DNA from: Marsupella aquatica
Lineage: Eukaryota; Plantae; Marchantiophyta
Direction: 5' to 3'
Length of the DNA stretch: 64,000 nucleotides
Assembly: GCA_973895155.1 (NCBI GenBank)
Contig: OZ316893.1
Coordinates: 1,054,860-1,118,859 of the forward strand
Within the stretch, counting starts at the first letter, position 1. Every line of letters begins with the position of its first letter. The notes under the pieces were generated by a model that was not told the DNA's origin, did not search any database, and was given only the letters and a program-made list of their open reading frames with translations. Both the position numbers and the translations under genes were made by a program. Below are positions 1 through 12,739 of the stretch, piece by piece.

Positions 1-931
1 TAGAAATAGAAATATGTTGCAGACTTCAATATGTTCAACTTCAAATTTGGCTTTGTTGTCTCAAAGTCCTGTTATACATGGTGGGCCCCACTAAGATGTC
101 TCGTTGATATCTTTGACTACTATTTAAGGCTTGGAGTGGATTGTTTTGGGGATGAGAAAATCGGGTATTGCAGACGAGACAGGAGACAATAACCAGGTTT
201 GCTGTTACTAGTTTGATGTTAGCTGCTAACAAAAAACTGTGACATGTAATAACAAGGAAACTTTTGGGTTCAAGGGAATAAAGTACTTTTCACCCGTTCA
301 GCAGTAGAGCCCTTTATCCTTAGAAACACCATTTGTTATTGGTTGTGCACACCAAATTAAATATGCATGTTTAACTAATCAATGGCTTTGTCCCACCCAG
401 AAAAATACTGCTTGCAAAAACTCAAATCAATGCAAATTTATGTTCCTTATATATCCACTCCAAGAACACTAGTCAAGGATATCAAGGAGACATCTTAGGG
501 GGACTTCAAAACAACAAACGCAAATGTGAAGTTGGACCATCGGACACCTACTTTGTCCCTTCGGTTGAGCAGCGTTAACATATTTCAGACCTTTTCTGGT
601 AACTATGCATTGTCTACAAAACAATGATGGGAACGTAATAGCGCTTGACACCAATTATCTGAAATTATGGACATCCCAAAACAATGCCTACTACTGTCAG
701 ATGAGCAAACGTGATGCTTCAGTATGGTCAAGTGAACTTATTTTCATGCGGATGAGATTCCACCTCAACTCGTCATTTAGAGTAAATCCAGCCCGAATTT
801 TCCCATTAGATGCTTACGATCTGCCAGATGAAGCAACGGAGGGTAGTCGGCCATGATGCGATAGAAGGATTGGCGTTTGTCCTTCAAGTCCAGCCTACTT
901 TCTCTTGGTCAAATTAGGTCTTGCGGTCAAC

Positions 932-1240
932 CTATTCATTAAAAGTGAATTATTATTCTATTTATGAACATTTGGGCAATATAAAGTGTACTTTTGGCTT
1001 TCAAAAAGTGTATATTTTGGCAAGAAACAAACTTCATGGCCATTACACATACCACCATGTTCATCCTTTGTAAATGAATTAGGACAAGACCACTTCTAGT
1101 AAAGATACGTTTTGCACCCTGAAGATTACAATTGACCATTTGGGTGTAGAGTATTGCACTATAATGCACAATTTGGTGTTAAAAAGTGTACATTTAGAGA
1201 TCAAAAAGTGAACAAAATCAAATACACTTTTAATGAATAG
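932..1240. mobile_element. MITE-like element with 16-bp terminal inverted repeats
   Basis: CTATTCATTAAAAGTG (932-947) is the exact reverse complement of CACTTTTAATGAATAG (1225-1240). The interior is AT-rich and non-coding. No clear TSD. Confidence 0.55.
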
Positions 1241-2425
1241 AGTGGCCACGCGGAACTCACACTTCTGTTGCAGATTTCTCCTTGGATTCTACTATGTTAC
1301 GGATCTTCTGGACGTTGCTGCCACTTGCCCGTCTAGTACAAACATACACGTTTGAGCCATAGTTGTTTCAACATCCCTGGACTAAGTCAAACTCATACTT
1401 CTGTTGCAGATTTCTTTCCAGATTCTACTCTATAATGGATTTCTTTCACCCGGGATTTACTAGATTGCCACTTGTTTTTTGGCATAATACACACTTTGCC
1501 ACTGAATTTTTTCCTATTTATCACTATGCCACTCTTTTTGTTTGTGGGTTAAGAAAACTAACCCAGGTTAGCTCCTTCACATCCAATGGCTGTCATCACA
1601 CACAATGTTTTGATCAGATGGCCTGAGTCTCCCTCAAAGTGACTTTGACTATCTTGAGGACTAGGGCAAAGGCTCCGCACAGGTATAGGCTAGCATTAGA
1701 CAGAGACCATGTGTAGGATGGGGGGACAGGACCACTCAACCCACTCCTTCACCTTCCTTGCTCCTTCCGAGTCTATTGAGGCAAACTCTTCCTTCTTGTT
1801 TTTAGGTTATTCTCCCCATGACCCGTTCCTTGAATGTAAATAAATATGAAGAAAATTCTTGCACAATAAAATTTATATCCTATTTTGGTTAGTCTTTGCT
1901 CCATCCTTGTTTTTTGTCCATCCTCATTTCAGTTATGTCTTTTTAGGGTTAATGTCACTTTTGTCCATCCTCATTGACCTTATTGAACCTCAAGTTTTGT
2001 CTGTATTGGGAGTTAAGGTCCAGAGGATTCACTCAGACCTAGGCCCTTAAGAGTACTAGGCTTCAGTTGGCCCTTTTATAGTCAGATGTGAGGCAACTCT
2101 ATCAATCCATTTGGTCCAGTTCTTCCCTTGCTAACAGCACATTCGCTTGTTGCTGCATCGGCTTTCTTGTCTCTATTTAATTTTCCATTATGATCTCAAT
2201 TGTCCTTGTAGAATCACGATGCTGCTTTCTTCTTTCTTCAATTTCCCGAGAGAGCGCGCGTGTGCGTGTTCGCTCTGTGTTGAATGCATGGCTTCCTTTT
2301 ATTCTTCAACCTCAATTGCCATCATTCCTTATCGGTTATGTATATCGATATCTGCTTGAATTGCTCCGCATTCCAACTCCTGGTTTCAGATTCGACGCGC
2401 CATGGCCATTGCTCCAAGCTGGTGG

Positions 2426-2570
2426 CGTGCTGATAACGTGTTCGAATACAATCTCCAACTGAATGTCTCCTTCTCCCTCGGGCGATGTTTATGTATAGTA
2501 TGAAGGGGTTACAACGTTCCTAACTAGGGTTAGTTAGTAACCCTGGTGACTTAACTATGGTGATATAACA
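2426..2570 (-). mobile_element. Short LTR plus primer-binding site of a decayed copia-like retrotransposon
   Basis: On the minus strand, TGTTATATC (2570) ... CGAACA (2439) is followed directly by CGTTATCAGCACG (2438-2426). This is complementary to the tRNA-Ile anticodon arm. Stop-riddled sequence follows. Confidence 0.5.
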
Positions 2571-3417
2571 TCTAGGTCATTCTTCTCTACTCATTCGCCT
2601 ATTGTCGGGGTATACTCGTCTGGAATCCAGATTTTATGTTTTACAATGATCACTCATTGAACATCTTCTTTAGTAAATGATAATCATATCTCTCTTCCCT
2701 TCTCCAGTACAAACAACTTCCACATTCAATTCCTGGAATGGAGCACGACAGCCTTTGATAGCTTAGACCTCTCATTTGTTTTGGCTACCAACAATTCTTA
2801 ATTCCCAGGAGATAGATTCTTGTCCTTATCGTCCTTCTTTGTTTTTGTCCCCGGCTTTGACTGTAATCTTCTGGTTATTTGACCAATTTCCAGTGCTGTG
2901 TGAAGTGGTAATTCAGATCGCTGCCATACACTCCAATGGAAAACTTCTTGCAATTCTTTCCTTTGACAAGGAGGTTTGTAAGTCTTCAGGATTTCTCTAA
3001 CGTTGTCTTTCATGAAGGATTGCTCCTATGTGTGTTTTATCTTCAGATTCTTTAAGTATCTTTTTCTGTCTTGTTTAACAGTGTGAATCTTTAACAGTGT
3101 GTAACTCTAATTACCTCTATCTCTCAATTCAGAAAAATACACTAATTAGATGCACCTCTATTCTAGGACTACCCATTCTAGCCATGAGCTGTGACCAGCA
3201 CTCTCTTCAGTGACAAGATTTTTCAAGATTACACCCCTCTAAAAAGTTTTCTCCACATTTGGCTAAAAATTACTAGATTTTCTGTCTTCCATTAGCCTTT
3301 TTCCCAAAATAGCTACTGACCCTGTTAGCCAGAATCTAAAGGTCATCCTTGAGTCTAGGCGGGAGTCTTGGCAGAGGTGAGAGTCATAAACTGATCTAGG
3401 AAAATAGATAAGAATAT

Positions 3418-4203
3418 TCCCAGTTAGTATCTTTCTCTTTCGAACAAGGTGATGTTCCCCATATAGCATGCTCATCCTCGAACATGCTTTACTTTTTGTC
3501 TTATAGTGATATTAAGTGGACAAAATTAAAGAGTAAGACTAGAATACATATTAAATGTGAATGAAATCAAATAATATAAATAAAATACATACAATAAAAG
3601 CACATAGTGACCAATAGAAAGTACAATTTCATTACACAAAGTTGCTACCAGTTGTGCACAATGAAATCAAATAATATAAATAAAGCACATGTAATAAAAG
3701 CACATTGACCAATGGAAAGTATAATTCTATTACACAAAGATCCTACCAGTTGTGGTGCACGTATTTCAGTGTGTCTTATTAATGACTCTTATTCAATAAA
3801 AACCATTAACTTAGGAAAGAAAGTCACAAGGGGAGCTTAAGACAGGATGTGCTGATCTTTCTTAGAATCATTCCTCTCACTCATGAGTATACTTAAAAGC
3901 GGTAGAAAATGAAACCCTTAGTTTCTCTCTAGGACTTAACAATGTTTACAAATTATACAAATTAAGGGGGCTGCCAAAATAAATTCAAAAAAACACTATA
4001 GAATATCAAAAATTTAAAGGGGTCCAAAAATGAATTTAAAGTCTATGTGATACAAAGGATGCCCCTTGTTAAGGTACATTCAAATAAAAATTCATGATAC
4101 ACAAATATGAATAAGACAAAACATGAGAGTTGGATTCACCATATAGCAACTTCAACTTCCCAGTTAGTATCTTTCTCTTTAGAACAAGGTGATGTTCCCC
4201 ATA
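3418..4203. repeat. ~45-bp direct repeat pair flanking a ~100-bp tandem duplication
   Basis: CCCAGTTAGTATCTTTCTCTTT(C/A)GAACAAGGTGATGTTCCCCATA occurs at ~3419 and ~4159. An internal tandem unit starting AATGAAATCAAATAATATAAATAAA occurs at ~3560 and ~3661. Confidence 0.75.
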
Positions 4204-4386
4204 CTGGCAAAGAAGAAAATTACAATAGTTGTAACCCCCTCCAGGGCATGGGTTACCCTACACGTGCATGCAGCTGGCCCTAAAAAATTGGCCTAATAAC
4301 TTCCTCAATTTCTTGGAAAAATCTTAAGAGGGGGACCACATCATGTCTTGTCTTCATTTTTCAAAGGTAGGGACCACAAGGACTGG

Positions 4387-4498
4387 AGCTGGACCGTTTG
4401 CAGAGCTTGGCCTCGGTTTTCCAATTAATTAAGAAGCTGTCAAGCTGGACCGTTTGCAGACCTTGGCCTCGGTTTTCCAATTAATTGAGAAGCTGTCA
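4387..4498. repeat. ~56-bp tandem duplication
   Basis: AGCTGGACCGTTTGCAGA.CTTGGCCTCGGTTTTCCAATTAATT.AGAAGCTGTCA occurs twice head-to-tail. Confidence 0.85.
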
Positions 4499-5140
4499 GA
4501 TGCTTAGGAGGAGTTTAAGGTACAACTGCGCATATATAAGGGGGAAGTCCAAGACTTCTCCCTTTTTCCACTTTCCACTCACTTCTTTACTCTAAGGTGC
4601 CAGTTTGATTTTGGAAAAATGTACTATTAATTGTGAAATTTGGATCCTATGGGTAACCCATAACTCTTGAAGAGGCAGCTATGGAATATGCTACCTGAGC
4701 ATCACTTTAGGGCTGCAAATTGAAGAGTGACATACATGCAAGAAAGCATTTAAATGCAAGTTCCATGGCCCAAGAACAAAAAAGGATCAAAAAATGCCAA
4801 ACCTGGAGAGTGGATCCCAAAGGCTTCTGACCTCATGAAAAGGGGGAAGGGCACTCGAAAATGGGGGGAGCACTCAAAAATGTTTTTTAAAAAAATGTGA
4901 AAGGAAAACTATAGAACTTAAAGCCCTCATGGACACACACATTTGGAAGAAAGCCTGCATGGACACACACAACCCAGATAGACACAACCCGAACTTCATT
5001 TTTTCCTCATCCAACACGCTTTTGATTATAATCCCAAAGTGACTTGTAAGGAGGTATGTGACCGAGACCAGTTGGTATTTGGTTGATTCCTCCGGTAGTC
5101 CGTCCACTTTTTCCTCCCTGCAAGGATGCGGTGAGAATCT

Positions 5141-5556
5141 AACTCAACGATAAGGTCTAAAGCAAGGTTTTTTTCCGTTAATGAAAGATGATAATCAGTT
5201 TTGTTAGGTGTAATAAGAGATTCTTCTTAGAGTGTCACATGGTTGTGTCCAACCTGTTGGTCCCAGCAAACGCAACTATAAGATCTAAAGCAAGGTTTCT
5301 TTCCCTTAATGAAAGATGATAATCCGTTAGCAAACGCAACGATAAGGTCTAAAGCAAGGTTTCCTTCCCTTAATGAAAGATGATCATCCGTTTTGTTAGG
5401 TGTAATAAGAGATTCTTCTTACAGTGTCACATGGTTGTGTCCAACCTGTTGGTCCCAACAAACGTGTGTGTCCATGAGGACTTTATAAGTTCGAAAAATA
5501 TAAGGCAGTGTGTGTCCATGTGTCCAAGAGGACTTTATAAGTTCGAAAAATATAAG
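5141..5556. repeat. Compound tandem duplications upstream of the F-box gene
   Basis: A ~130-bp unit (CAACGATAAGGTCTAAAGCAAGG...GTTGGTCCCA.CAAACG) occurs twice with a partial copy between. GAGGACTTTATAAGTTCGAAAAATATAAG then occurs twice. Confidence 0.85.
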
Positions 5557-6847
5557 ACAGCCAAAAAAGGGAAATGCCAATGAGGGCCCTACCAGCAAAC
5601 TTGGGGAAAAGGTTTCGAAGCACGACACCTCAGTGCGTAGTCAGATGCTGGAGAAGCGATCGTCTGACTCGGTCCCTTTTTTTCCTTCCTCCCATTCGCT
5701 TTTGCATTCGCCTCTCTGGTACGATCGTCGTCCGCCCAGGTCGCATTTGCCCTTTCTCACTCTTTCGGTGGCCTCGCCAATTGCTCGGCTTTCGCATAGC
5801 AGCGAGAAATTTCATCGAAGCGCCTCGCGTTTGTCCTGTCTAGGAATTTCGTTGGCTACCTCCGGCGATGAGTGTTCATGTGGCAGACAGCTTACCCCAC
5901 CTTGCCACCGCTTGCTCACTTTGCATTGGGCGCTGTGGAGGAGATGACAGATGCAGAGCGAGGAATCGACTTCGACTTTGCTTCGTCGTGGAGAGTTTCT
6001 CCCGTGATCTGTTACGGATTCTACCGGTGGATGTTTGTGACGGAAAGGTAACTTGCTGTCCGGGTTGATGTCTGTGGCAGTTTGGCATTTTGAGATGATC
6101 GTCAGTTCCGCGCCGTGGTGTTTTGGAGGGCAAGTTCTTCGGCAGGGAACGAGGGTGTTGTAGGCGTGGGAGAATTACAGTTCATTCTCACCTGAGAGTC
6201 GTTGCAATTCCATCGAGTAGGGAGCGAACAAGAGGTCATTTGGCTTGGGAATTTCGGTGCTGACGAGATTTTGGTGACGGGTGGTGTGACCTCACAGACA
6301 ATTTTGGTGAGAGGTGATGGTCAGACCTAAGAGAGGACTTCAACTGGCGAGCGACAGAGTTGCAAGGATATTGGAGGTACGAGGGCAAGAAGAGACTCAG
6401 AGCACGTCTGTATAGGTTCGCAAACTCTTCAGCCTCCCTGCTGTCTTGGAACGCTTCTTTGTTACTTGTCCTACGTATCCTTCCGTTTTTTTCTTCTCTC
6501 TGCTTGTCTCTCTGCCTGCATACCTACCTTCGCTAGCAGTGGTGGAGATATGTCTCTGTGCATTGGGCCACCCCGTGCTTTTGCTTCCATTCGATTCCAT
6601 TCTACCCTACCTTCTTCGCCATTCAATCTTCTTCTTTATTTTGCCTCGCACACGAGTTTTGTGCGCGAAGTCTCGGGCATTGATTCAGTCACTCGGTCCC
6701 CATTTTGCCGTCCAGATCTTTGAGATTTATACATTGGTGCGATCCGTGCTACTTCTGCAAGAGGAAGAAGGCTGACTCTATGTTACTAGATCTCACAGCA
6801 AGAAGGGCGTTCGGTCTGCTTCGTTGTCACATAGTCGCCTGACTGCT

Positions 6848-8101
6848 ATGGCTTCGGTTTTGGGCGATGACGTCGCTGCGCTTTGCTCTTCGATTTGGAG
6901 CGAACTTCCGGACGAAATTGTGGAACTGGTCTTGAGGCGACTCCCATTCTCGAGCCTCATCAAGTTCCGGGTGATCTGCAAGCAATGGAACTCCGTGATC
7001 ACGTCATCCGAGTTCTCTCGCACATGCCAGAAGCAAATATCACCGAAATGCGTCCCAATTCTGGTGGCGAATGATGTCATGGAGAGCAACAGATGGTCAA
7101 TTAATCCATACCACTCAGAACGCGATACGTGGCTCTCATATTCGCTCTCCTTTCTTCAGAATGCCTGTGGGAACGGGCCTTTGTACCTGACGGCCTCCTC
7201 GGGGGGACTGATGTGCTTCGAAACACTGGATCGTCGGAATATCATCGTTTGTAATCCCATCACGAGGAGATGGAGACTTCTCCAGCTCCCCGACACCAAC
7301 GGCCAATTAATCCGCACGACATCTTCTTGCCAAGACACCGATTATAGGCACACCCTCACGGGGCTCTTAGTCGACCTGGAAACGGGGAACTACAAGCTCG
7401 TTATCGCATCATTGGCTAACGGCGCGGAGCAAAGGACGTTAGTGTACGATTCCGCCGAGCAGATATGGACCAGGGGTGCGCTGGTACCGGAGGGGAAGCG
7501 CTTCGTGAACCCCGGAGCTCTCACCTGCAACGGGAATCTATACTGCCTTGTGAAAAACCCCCGGGGCCTCGAGGAGCGCACATGCATATGGAGGGTGCTG
7601 AAATATGAGGTGGAACATGACTCGTGGTGTGAGGCTCCGGTGGTGACGGGCTGGCCCAGTACAAGCTCCACTGAATTGGAGCTTGTGGAGCACCAAGGGC
7701 AGGTGTTGCTCGTGGCTAGAGTACTCAACAGGCGATGGCTGCCGAACAACACGTTCTACAGGGTGTGGTACAACACCTTCTTTAAACTTTGCGAGTCTTC
7801 AGGGGGCCACAAGCTGGCTTTAGAGCAGGATCGGAAAGTGTTTCAGGCTTTAGACAGGTACACGGGGAGCACTGAATTTAAGACGGTGGTAACGAAGTAC
7901 CCAGGCTCCTTTGCGGGTCATGGAGACCTCATCTATACGACTGGAATTCCCTTTACCAACAACAACGAGGTGCAGGTGCTGAAAGTGAACTCCAGGACTC
8001 AAAACTGCTTGTTTTTGCCCGGCTGGCGAAGGGCGGATTCGAAAAGTAAAATCCAGATGGAAATCAGGCTGTTGGAGCCCTCGCTGACTGCCGCAGTGTA
8101 G
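6848..8101 (+). CDS. F-box protein with kelch/FBA-like C-terminal domain, single coding exon, ~417 aa
   Basis: F-box motif WSELPDEIVELVLRRLPFSSLIKFRVICKQWNSVI is followed by ASSGGLMCF..IIVCNPITRRW..L, typical of plant F-box/kelch proteins. First ATG is at 6848. A probable 5'UTR intron runs from AAG|GTAACT (~6048) to CACAG| (6798). Confidence 0.9.
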   Translation: MASVLGDDVAALCSSIWSELPDEIVELVLRRLPFSSLIKFRVICKQWNSVITSSEFSRTCQKQISPKCVPILVANDVMESNRWSINPYHSERDTWLSYSLSFLQNACGNGPLYLTASSGGLMCFETLDRRNIIVCNPITRRWRLLQLPDTNGQLIRTTSSCQDTDYRHTLTGLLVDLETGNYKLVIASLANGAEQRTLVYDSAEQIWTRGALVPEGKRFVNPGALTCNGNLYCLVKNPRGLEERTCIWRVLKYEVEHDSWCEAPVVTGWPSTSSTELELVEHQGQVLLVARVLNRRWLPNNTFYRVWYNTFFKLCESSGGHKLALEQDRKVFQALDRYTGSTEFKTVVTKYPGSFAGHGDLIYTTGIPFTNNNEVQVLKVNSRTQNCLFLPGWRRADSKSKIQMEIRLLEPSLTAAV

Positions 8102-11099
8102 TGTAATTTGCTCTCAGTCATAGTCCTTGGTGGCATGGATAGTGTTGGTGCAGTCTAGTGATTGCCACCAATCAATCAACCAATTGGGGCTCTGCATCAG
8201 TTGGGACGCAAATGGTGCTGTACTGATTTAGAGCAATTTCGTTGGTGTTGATGCCGTGTATGGGTCATTGGAGATGGAAAAGTGAAATGGACAAGACGGA
8301 ATAGCACTTGAGCTTTGGGGCATTCGCAGAAAGATCACAGAGCAGACTTCTGCGTAGTTAACGCAAGCTGACATGTTGGATCCAGCCTTGGACTACTGTC
8401 TGCACTTTGCATGGAGGAGAGTTTGAAGATACAAGTCTCCAAGGGACTCGGATGAAGAAAAATCCCGGGACTATCACGGTGATTTTTATACACTTCCCCC
8501 AGTCAGATCAGCATTGTGCGATTTCGTTCCGACCTGCCAAGATGTCCCTAAGAGGGGCTCTCCTACTTTGGGGAAATTTTGATTTGTCAAGCATGTACCG
8601 TTCCGACCACTGGCCACGAAGTTCATAGTTTATGAACTTCCGGAGCGAATTGCTTTCCCATTGCTGTCATACGCGGCATTCAGTTTGTTGTCACGACCTA
8701 CAGATCATGCTTGAGAGGCGTTTCATACATTGGTCTTATACACAAACGAGCATTGCTGTCACACGTGCAATATCCTTTCTTGTATGGCACTAAGTGACAC
8801 TGTATATAGGGCAGTTCTGAAGATTGGAAAGCTTATTGACCATTGAGCGCTCTGGCCTTCGTGTGCGTCGATACCTGCAGTAGAGGCTCAGGATGGTCAC
8901 ATAGAGGTGGTCTTTTCCAACTTAAAGTTTAGAAATAGGTGGCCTTGGAACTGTACATATTCTTGCTGCCATTCCTCCAGTCTAGCTTTCAATTTTGAGA
9001 TCCTCGTGAGCCAAATCATCGAATAGGGCCGCAATTTGGATTTCTGCCGACAGACAGAAAACAGCCATGAAATTCATACTAGATTAGGCTGTGAGTGTAA
9101 CCGTCAGGTGCAAATCAACTCGATGTGTGAGTTGATTTCTTTCAAAAATGCAATGAAGTGAACGGCGTTACGATGGATTATTCTTTTCAAAAGCTCGTCC
9201 CGGTTACATAGGTAGACCTATTCCTGTCGGTGCAGTATCAACCGGGTGATGAATCGATTTCTTCAACTGGCAAAGGATTACCAAATTATGCTGTTCAGGT
9301 AAGTTTTTTTCGAAAACTCCAGATCAACTGGAGGCATGGGTTGAAACGATTCCGAGTCCCGTTGCTCTTTTCCATTTTATGTTTGAGCATTCATGTTCCC
9401 AGCCAACCGTGGTGGAGAACCGATTTTCAACAGTGATACCATATTTTGTCCAAGTTCGGCAAAGCCATGATAGGAGTCGCCTTTGTTGGAAAGTCTTGCC
9501 ATTCGTGTCAGCATGAAGCCTGCCTCAGAACAACAGGCTTGAAGGCAAATCCTTTGGGGCCAATACTATGAATTTGAGAAATTCAAAATTCATCGAGCCT
9601 CAATGGGGGCAAACGAACTGTCTAATGGTGACTCACCACTGACCCCTTGTCTCCCCATTGTGATTTCATCTTCCCCTTCGTGACTACAGCTCTCCTGCAG
9701 GCCTGAGTAAAGCCCGGGAGATGGGGGAGTGCAGTTGTAAGCGGGAGAGTCCTACGGTAGTCAAAAAGGGGGGAGGTGGGCATAGTCATGATGGGGGTGG
9801 TTAAGCTCACCATAGTGGGTTAGGCCATGGACCAATGGTGGATTCCCAGGAGCAGTTCATGTAACCCCCACACAATTGGGGGTAGATTGATAATTAAAAT
9901 AGTTTGGGTGACAAATTAGTAACTAAGGTCAGTTCAGGATCTGTCTAGGATAGATGTCACATTGGGTCACCTTCTCATAAGTTTAGGGAGGTCGGCCCAT
10001 GAGAGCATCCCTTGTTTTCTCCCGTTTGTTGGGTTCCTGCCTTTGGTCTCCGGTCTCCTTGTTTGGAGCTTTTTGGCAGTGTTATATATTATGAAGACAG
10101 CTTGGATATTGGTGGCCAGGTCCTTCCATTGTCTCCCTCTCTTGGAAAGAAACGGTGTTTTAAACCAAGACCAAACCCTGAGCAAGCCAGGGATATATTT
10201 TTTATAATGGTAGTACTTCTTCGGGTTAGAAAGAGGATCCTGGTAGATAATGCACTCCATGATGGAATGCAAGGAAATCATGCCTGGAGGCATCAACGTA
10301 TTTACAGCACTGCATGGAATGAATGAAATTTTTCAGCATTCTACAATGTGCATATTCAGCACTCTACAATTTGTACACTATTCAGCATTGCCAGCGAAAC
10401 CAAGAATGCTGACGAACGACACTAGATCCGATGAAAAGCAGTAACCAGAATCTGCGATGGGGTTATGGCTGCTGGATTTTCAATTTTTTCCCGCAACTTT
10501 TTGAAACATCGGGAGAGGAGCGTCAAATTCTTTAAGAGAATCTATGCTGAATGGTACAGACTTTTAGGCGGAAATTGGGTAGTGCTTTATGCCTAATGCA
10601 TGTCCGTGTTTTTAGGATGCGTCAGTGAACTTCCAGTCATTCTTGAAACTTCGTCATGAGTAAAACTCTCTTCAAAAACGCTGGACTGCTTGTCATATAA
10701 AAACGCCCTTTGCAAAAGTACGTGGCCCACAGACCAAATTAAGGTGACTTGTCTTCTTGCATGGATTCCTGGGCAGTCAGAAAAAGCTCCTTAAGTTACT
10801 TATTTGTTCAAGACCTTAGAATTAAAGGTGACTTGGTGAATCTTGCATTGCGTCTGGTCTCAATGAAAATTCCTCACAGAGCCGCTCATTTAACAGCCTG
10901 AGGGCACGTCAACCCAAAACCGATTTGTTGTCTATTCGCTGTAAACAAGCTGGAAACCTGTCCAAAATGAGTACACTTCATACCTTGACGTATGAACCTC
11001 ACCCCATTTGCAGGTTCTGACACCTGTGACGGCAATCGGATATGATTATATAGCAAAGTATTAGATGATTGTACAAAATTGTGGGGACATTGCCATCCT

Positions 11100-11322
11100 G
11101 TAAGCCTTGCTCAAAACGTTCGTTTGTTGATTGAGTAGTCGTAGCAAAATAAGTTTTCCACCGATGTGCTTTTGTAGTCGCAAACAGAGTAACCATGACT
11201 AGAGTTGAGGTAACAGATCTGTAAGAAATTTTGAAGCCATCACTTATTAAAAATGTTTTCCCAGACCGAATATTTTTTTTCATGATCATCAGACTTGTTG
11301 ATCTAGCCCGCAATCTAGTCAT
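11100..11322 (-). pseudogene. Possible IS1595/ISXO2 (Merlin-type) DDE transposase fragment
   Basis: RARSTSLMIMKKNIRSGKTFLISDGFKISY resembles the family motif R-x-x-x-TL-x-x-x-I-x-x-x-I-x-PG-x-x-I-x-SD-x-W-x-x-Y. The fragment is short and degenerate. Confidence 0.35.
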
Positions 11323-11840
11323 GGGTGGGGATGCTCTAATGTACTCTGTTTTGTGTTAGGTGTCGGCTCACTTGGCACTACAGATTACAGGACAGCATTT
11401 TTGGTGGGCTCAGTTCCACGACTTCTACAGTTTTGGTTTTGTTTCCTTTTGGGCCCTTTTGGTCTTTCTCCTTGAATAGTTTGTCTTTTTTGCAGGTTCT
11501 GTTGATCTGTTTGGTCCGTTCCGGCCGGTTCATAATTTTTTTCTCTCGTTTTATGAAGGTTGCATTTTCCCAACTACAGTTGTATGGTTGTTCTGGTATG
11601 GCAGATTCTTCATTTCTTTTCCAAACAAAAACCAAAAGATAGGTGAGGAAAGACCCTCAGGCCCGTCATCCCTTCTACCAGTGAATGAATTTCCAAGTCG
11701 GCTTGAATTTTCTTCCCGCACAACTTAATGGAATCAGGAGAAAACAGCATACCGTAATTCTTCTTGAATTGCAGCATGCTCTTGCTCTTCACTAGCGAAG
11801 ACATTTGTGGCGTGTGGACTATGGCAGAAGGTATTCTATG

Positions 11841-12111
11841 TTGCGAGCAAACAGGAGATTTTGATAGCGAGCAGATTTTGATAGCGAGACAATAATGGTT
11901 CCAAATTTCAGTTGCTTTTTGGTGCCCTTTACATTTTTTGTGTTTTTTAAGGATTCCAGATTGCTAGGGAGCTCGCTAGCAAAAAGGGAGTCCCCAAAAG
12001 GGATGTTACCAACCAGGTAGTTGATAGCTAGGCACTTGCATGTAGAAAAATAAGGGTCATGCAGGAATTTTTTTTGCTCGTGCGAGTAAAATTTTTACTG
12101 TTTGCTCGCAA
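11841..12111. mobile_element. MITE-like element with 14-bp terminal inverted repeats
   Basis: TTGCGAGCAAACAG (11841-11854) pairs with CTGTTTGCTCGCAA (12098-12111). GCGAG motifs repeat subterminally. Confidence 0.55.
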
Positions 12112-12237
12112 GTTACAACTACCCCTATCTCGCAAGTTACAACTACCCCTATGGCAGAGGCAGACAAATCCTTCTCATCTTATTCGCAAGTTACAATTAC
12201 CCCTATGGCAGAGGCAGACAAATCCTTCTCATCTTAG
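12106..12237. repeat. Nested 24-bp and ~54-bp tandem duplications
   Basis: TCGCAAGTTACAA(C/T)TACCCCTAT occurs three times and GGCAGAGGCAGACAAATCCTTCTCATCTTA twice. Confidence 0.9.
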
Positions 12238-12254
12238 TCGACTATGATTGTCTT

Positions 12255-12553
12255 CACGTTAACGTGGCAGTGTGTTCGGCCCGGAGCCTCCTAGACAACG
12301 GAACGGTACCTCCACGTGCAACGAAATGCAGCCACGGAGAGAGCTGCGCTGGACAGTGCTGACTGCACTTAGTCTCATACGATACCCACGTGCTGCTTGG
12401 ATTGGCTCAGACTTTGCACATAGTTGCTGCCAAATAAAAGGAAAATCGGTCAAGTTCGATTTAAAGAAGTCGAAGAAAATCTATCTGCCTTGCTATGTAG
12501 GTAGCTTAGACAATTCTTGAGCTTGCGTCGTGAATGTCCGCCTCGGATATAAA
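12255..12553 (+). promoter_or_regulatory. SDH promoter with ABRE/G-box cluster and TATA-like box
   Basis: CACGTT (~12256), ACGTGGC (12262), CACGTG (~12313 and ~12387) and TATAAA (~12548), all 190-490 bp upstream of the ATG. Confidence 0.55.
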
Positions 12554-12739
12554 CTTGTCCAGCGGTGAAGAGCAAAGTACTTACTGTAATTGGCACTGGC
12601 AGTTGAAAGGCTCATCCTGGTGAAGACATCTTCGGATTTTGGTTCTCCGAACGTAGATCGAGCTGTAAAACTTTGGCGTTAACCTCACTAACCCGGAACA
12701 GATTTCAATTGGAGTGGATTTACTATAGTACAGATCATC

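Noticed and set aside
60-870. Degenerate + strand reading frame
   Set aside because: Many stops and no recognisable family; probably an old TE or pseudogene fragment.
5510-5947. 145-aa ORF
   Set aside because: It starts in a tandem repeat, runs through the likely F-box 5'UTR and has no domain.
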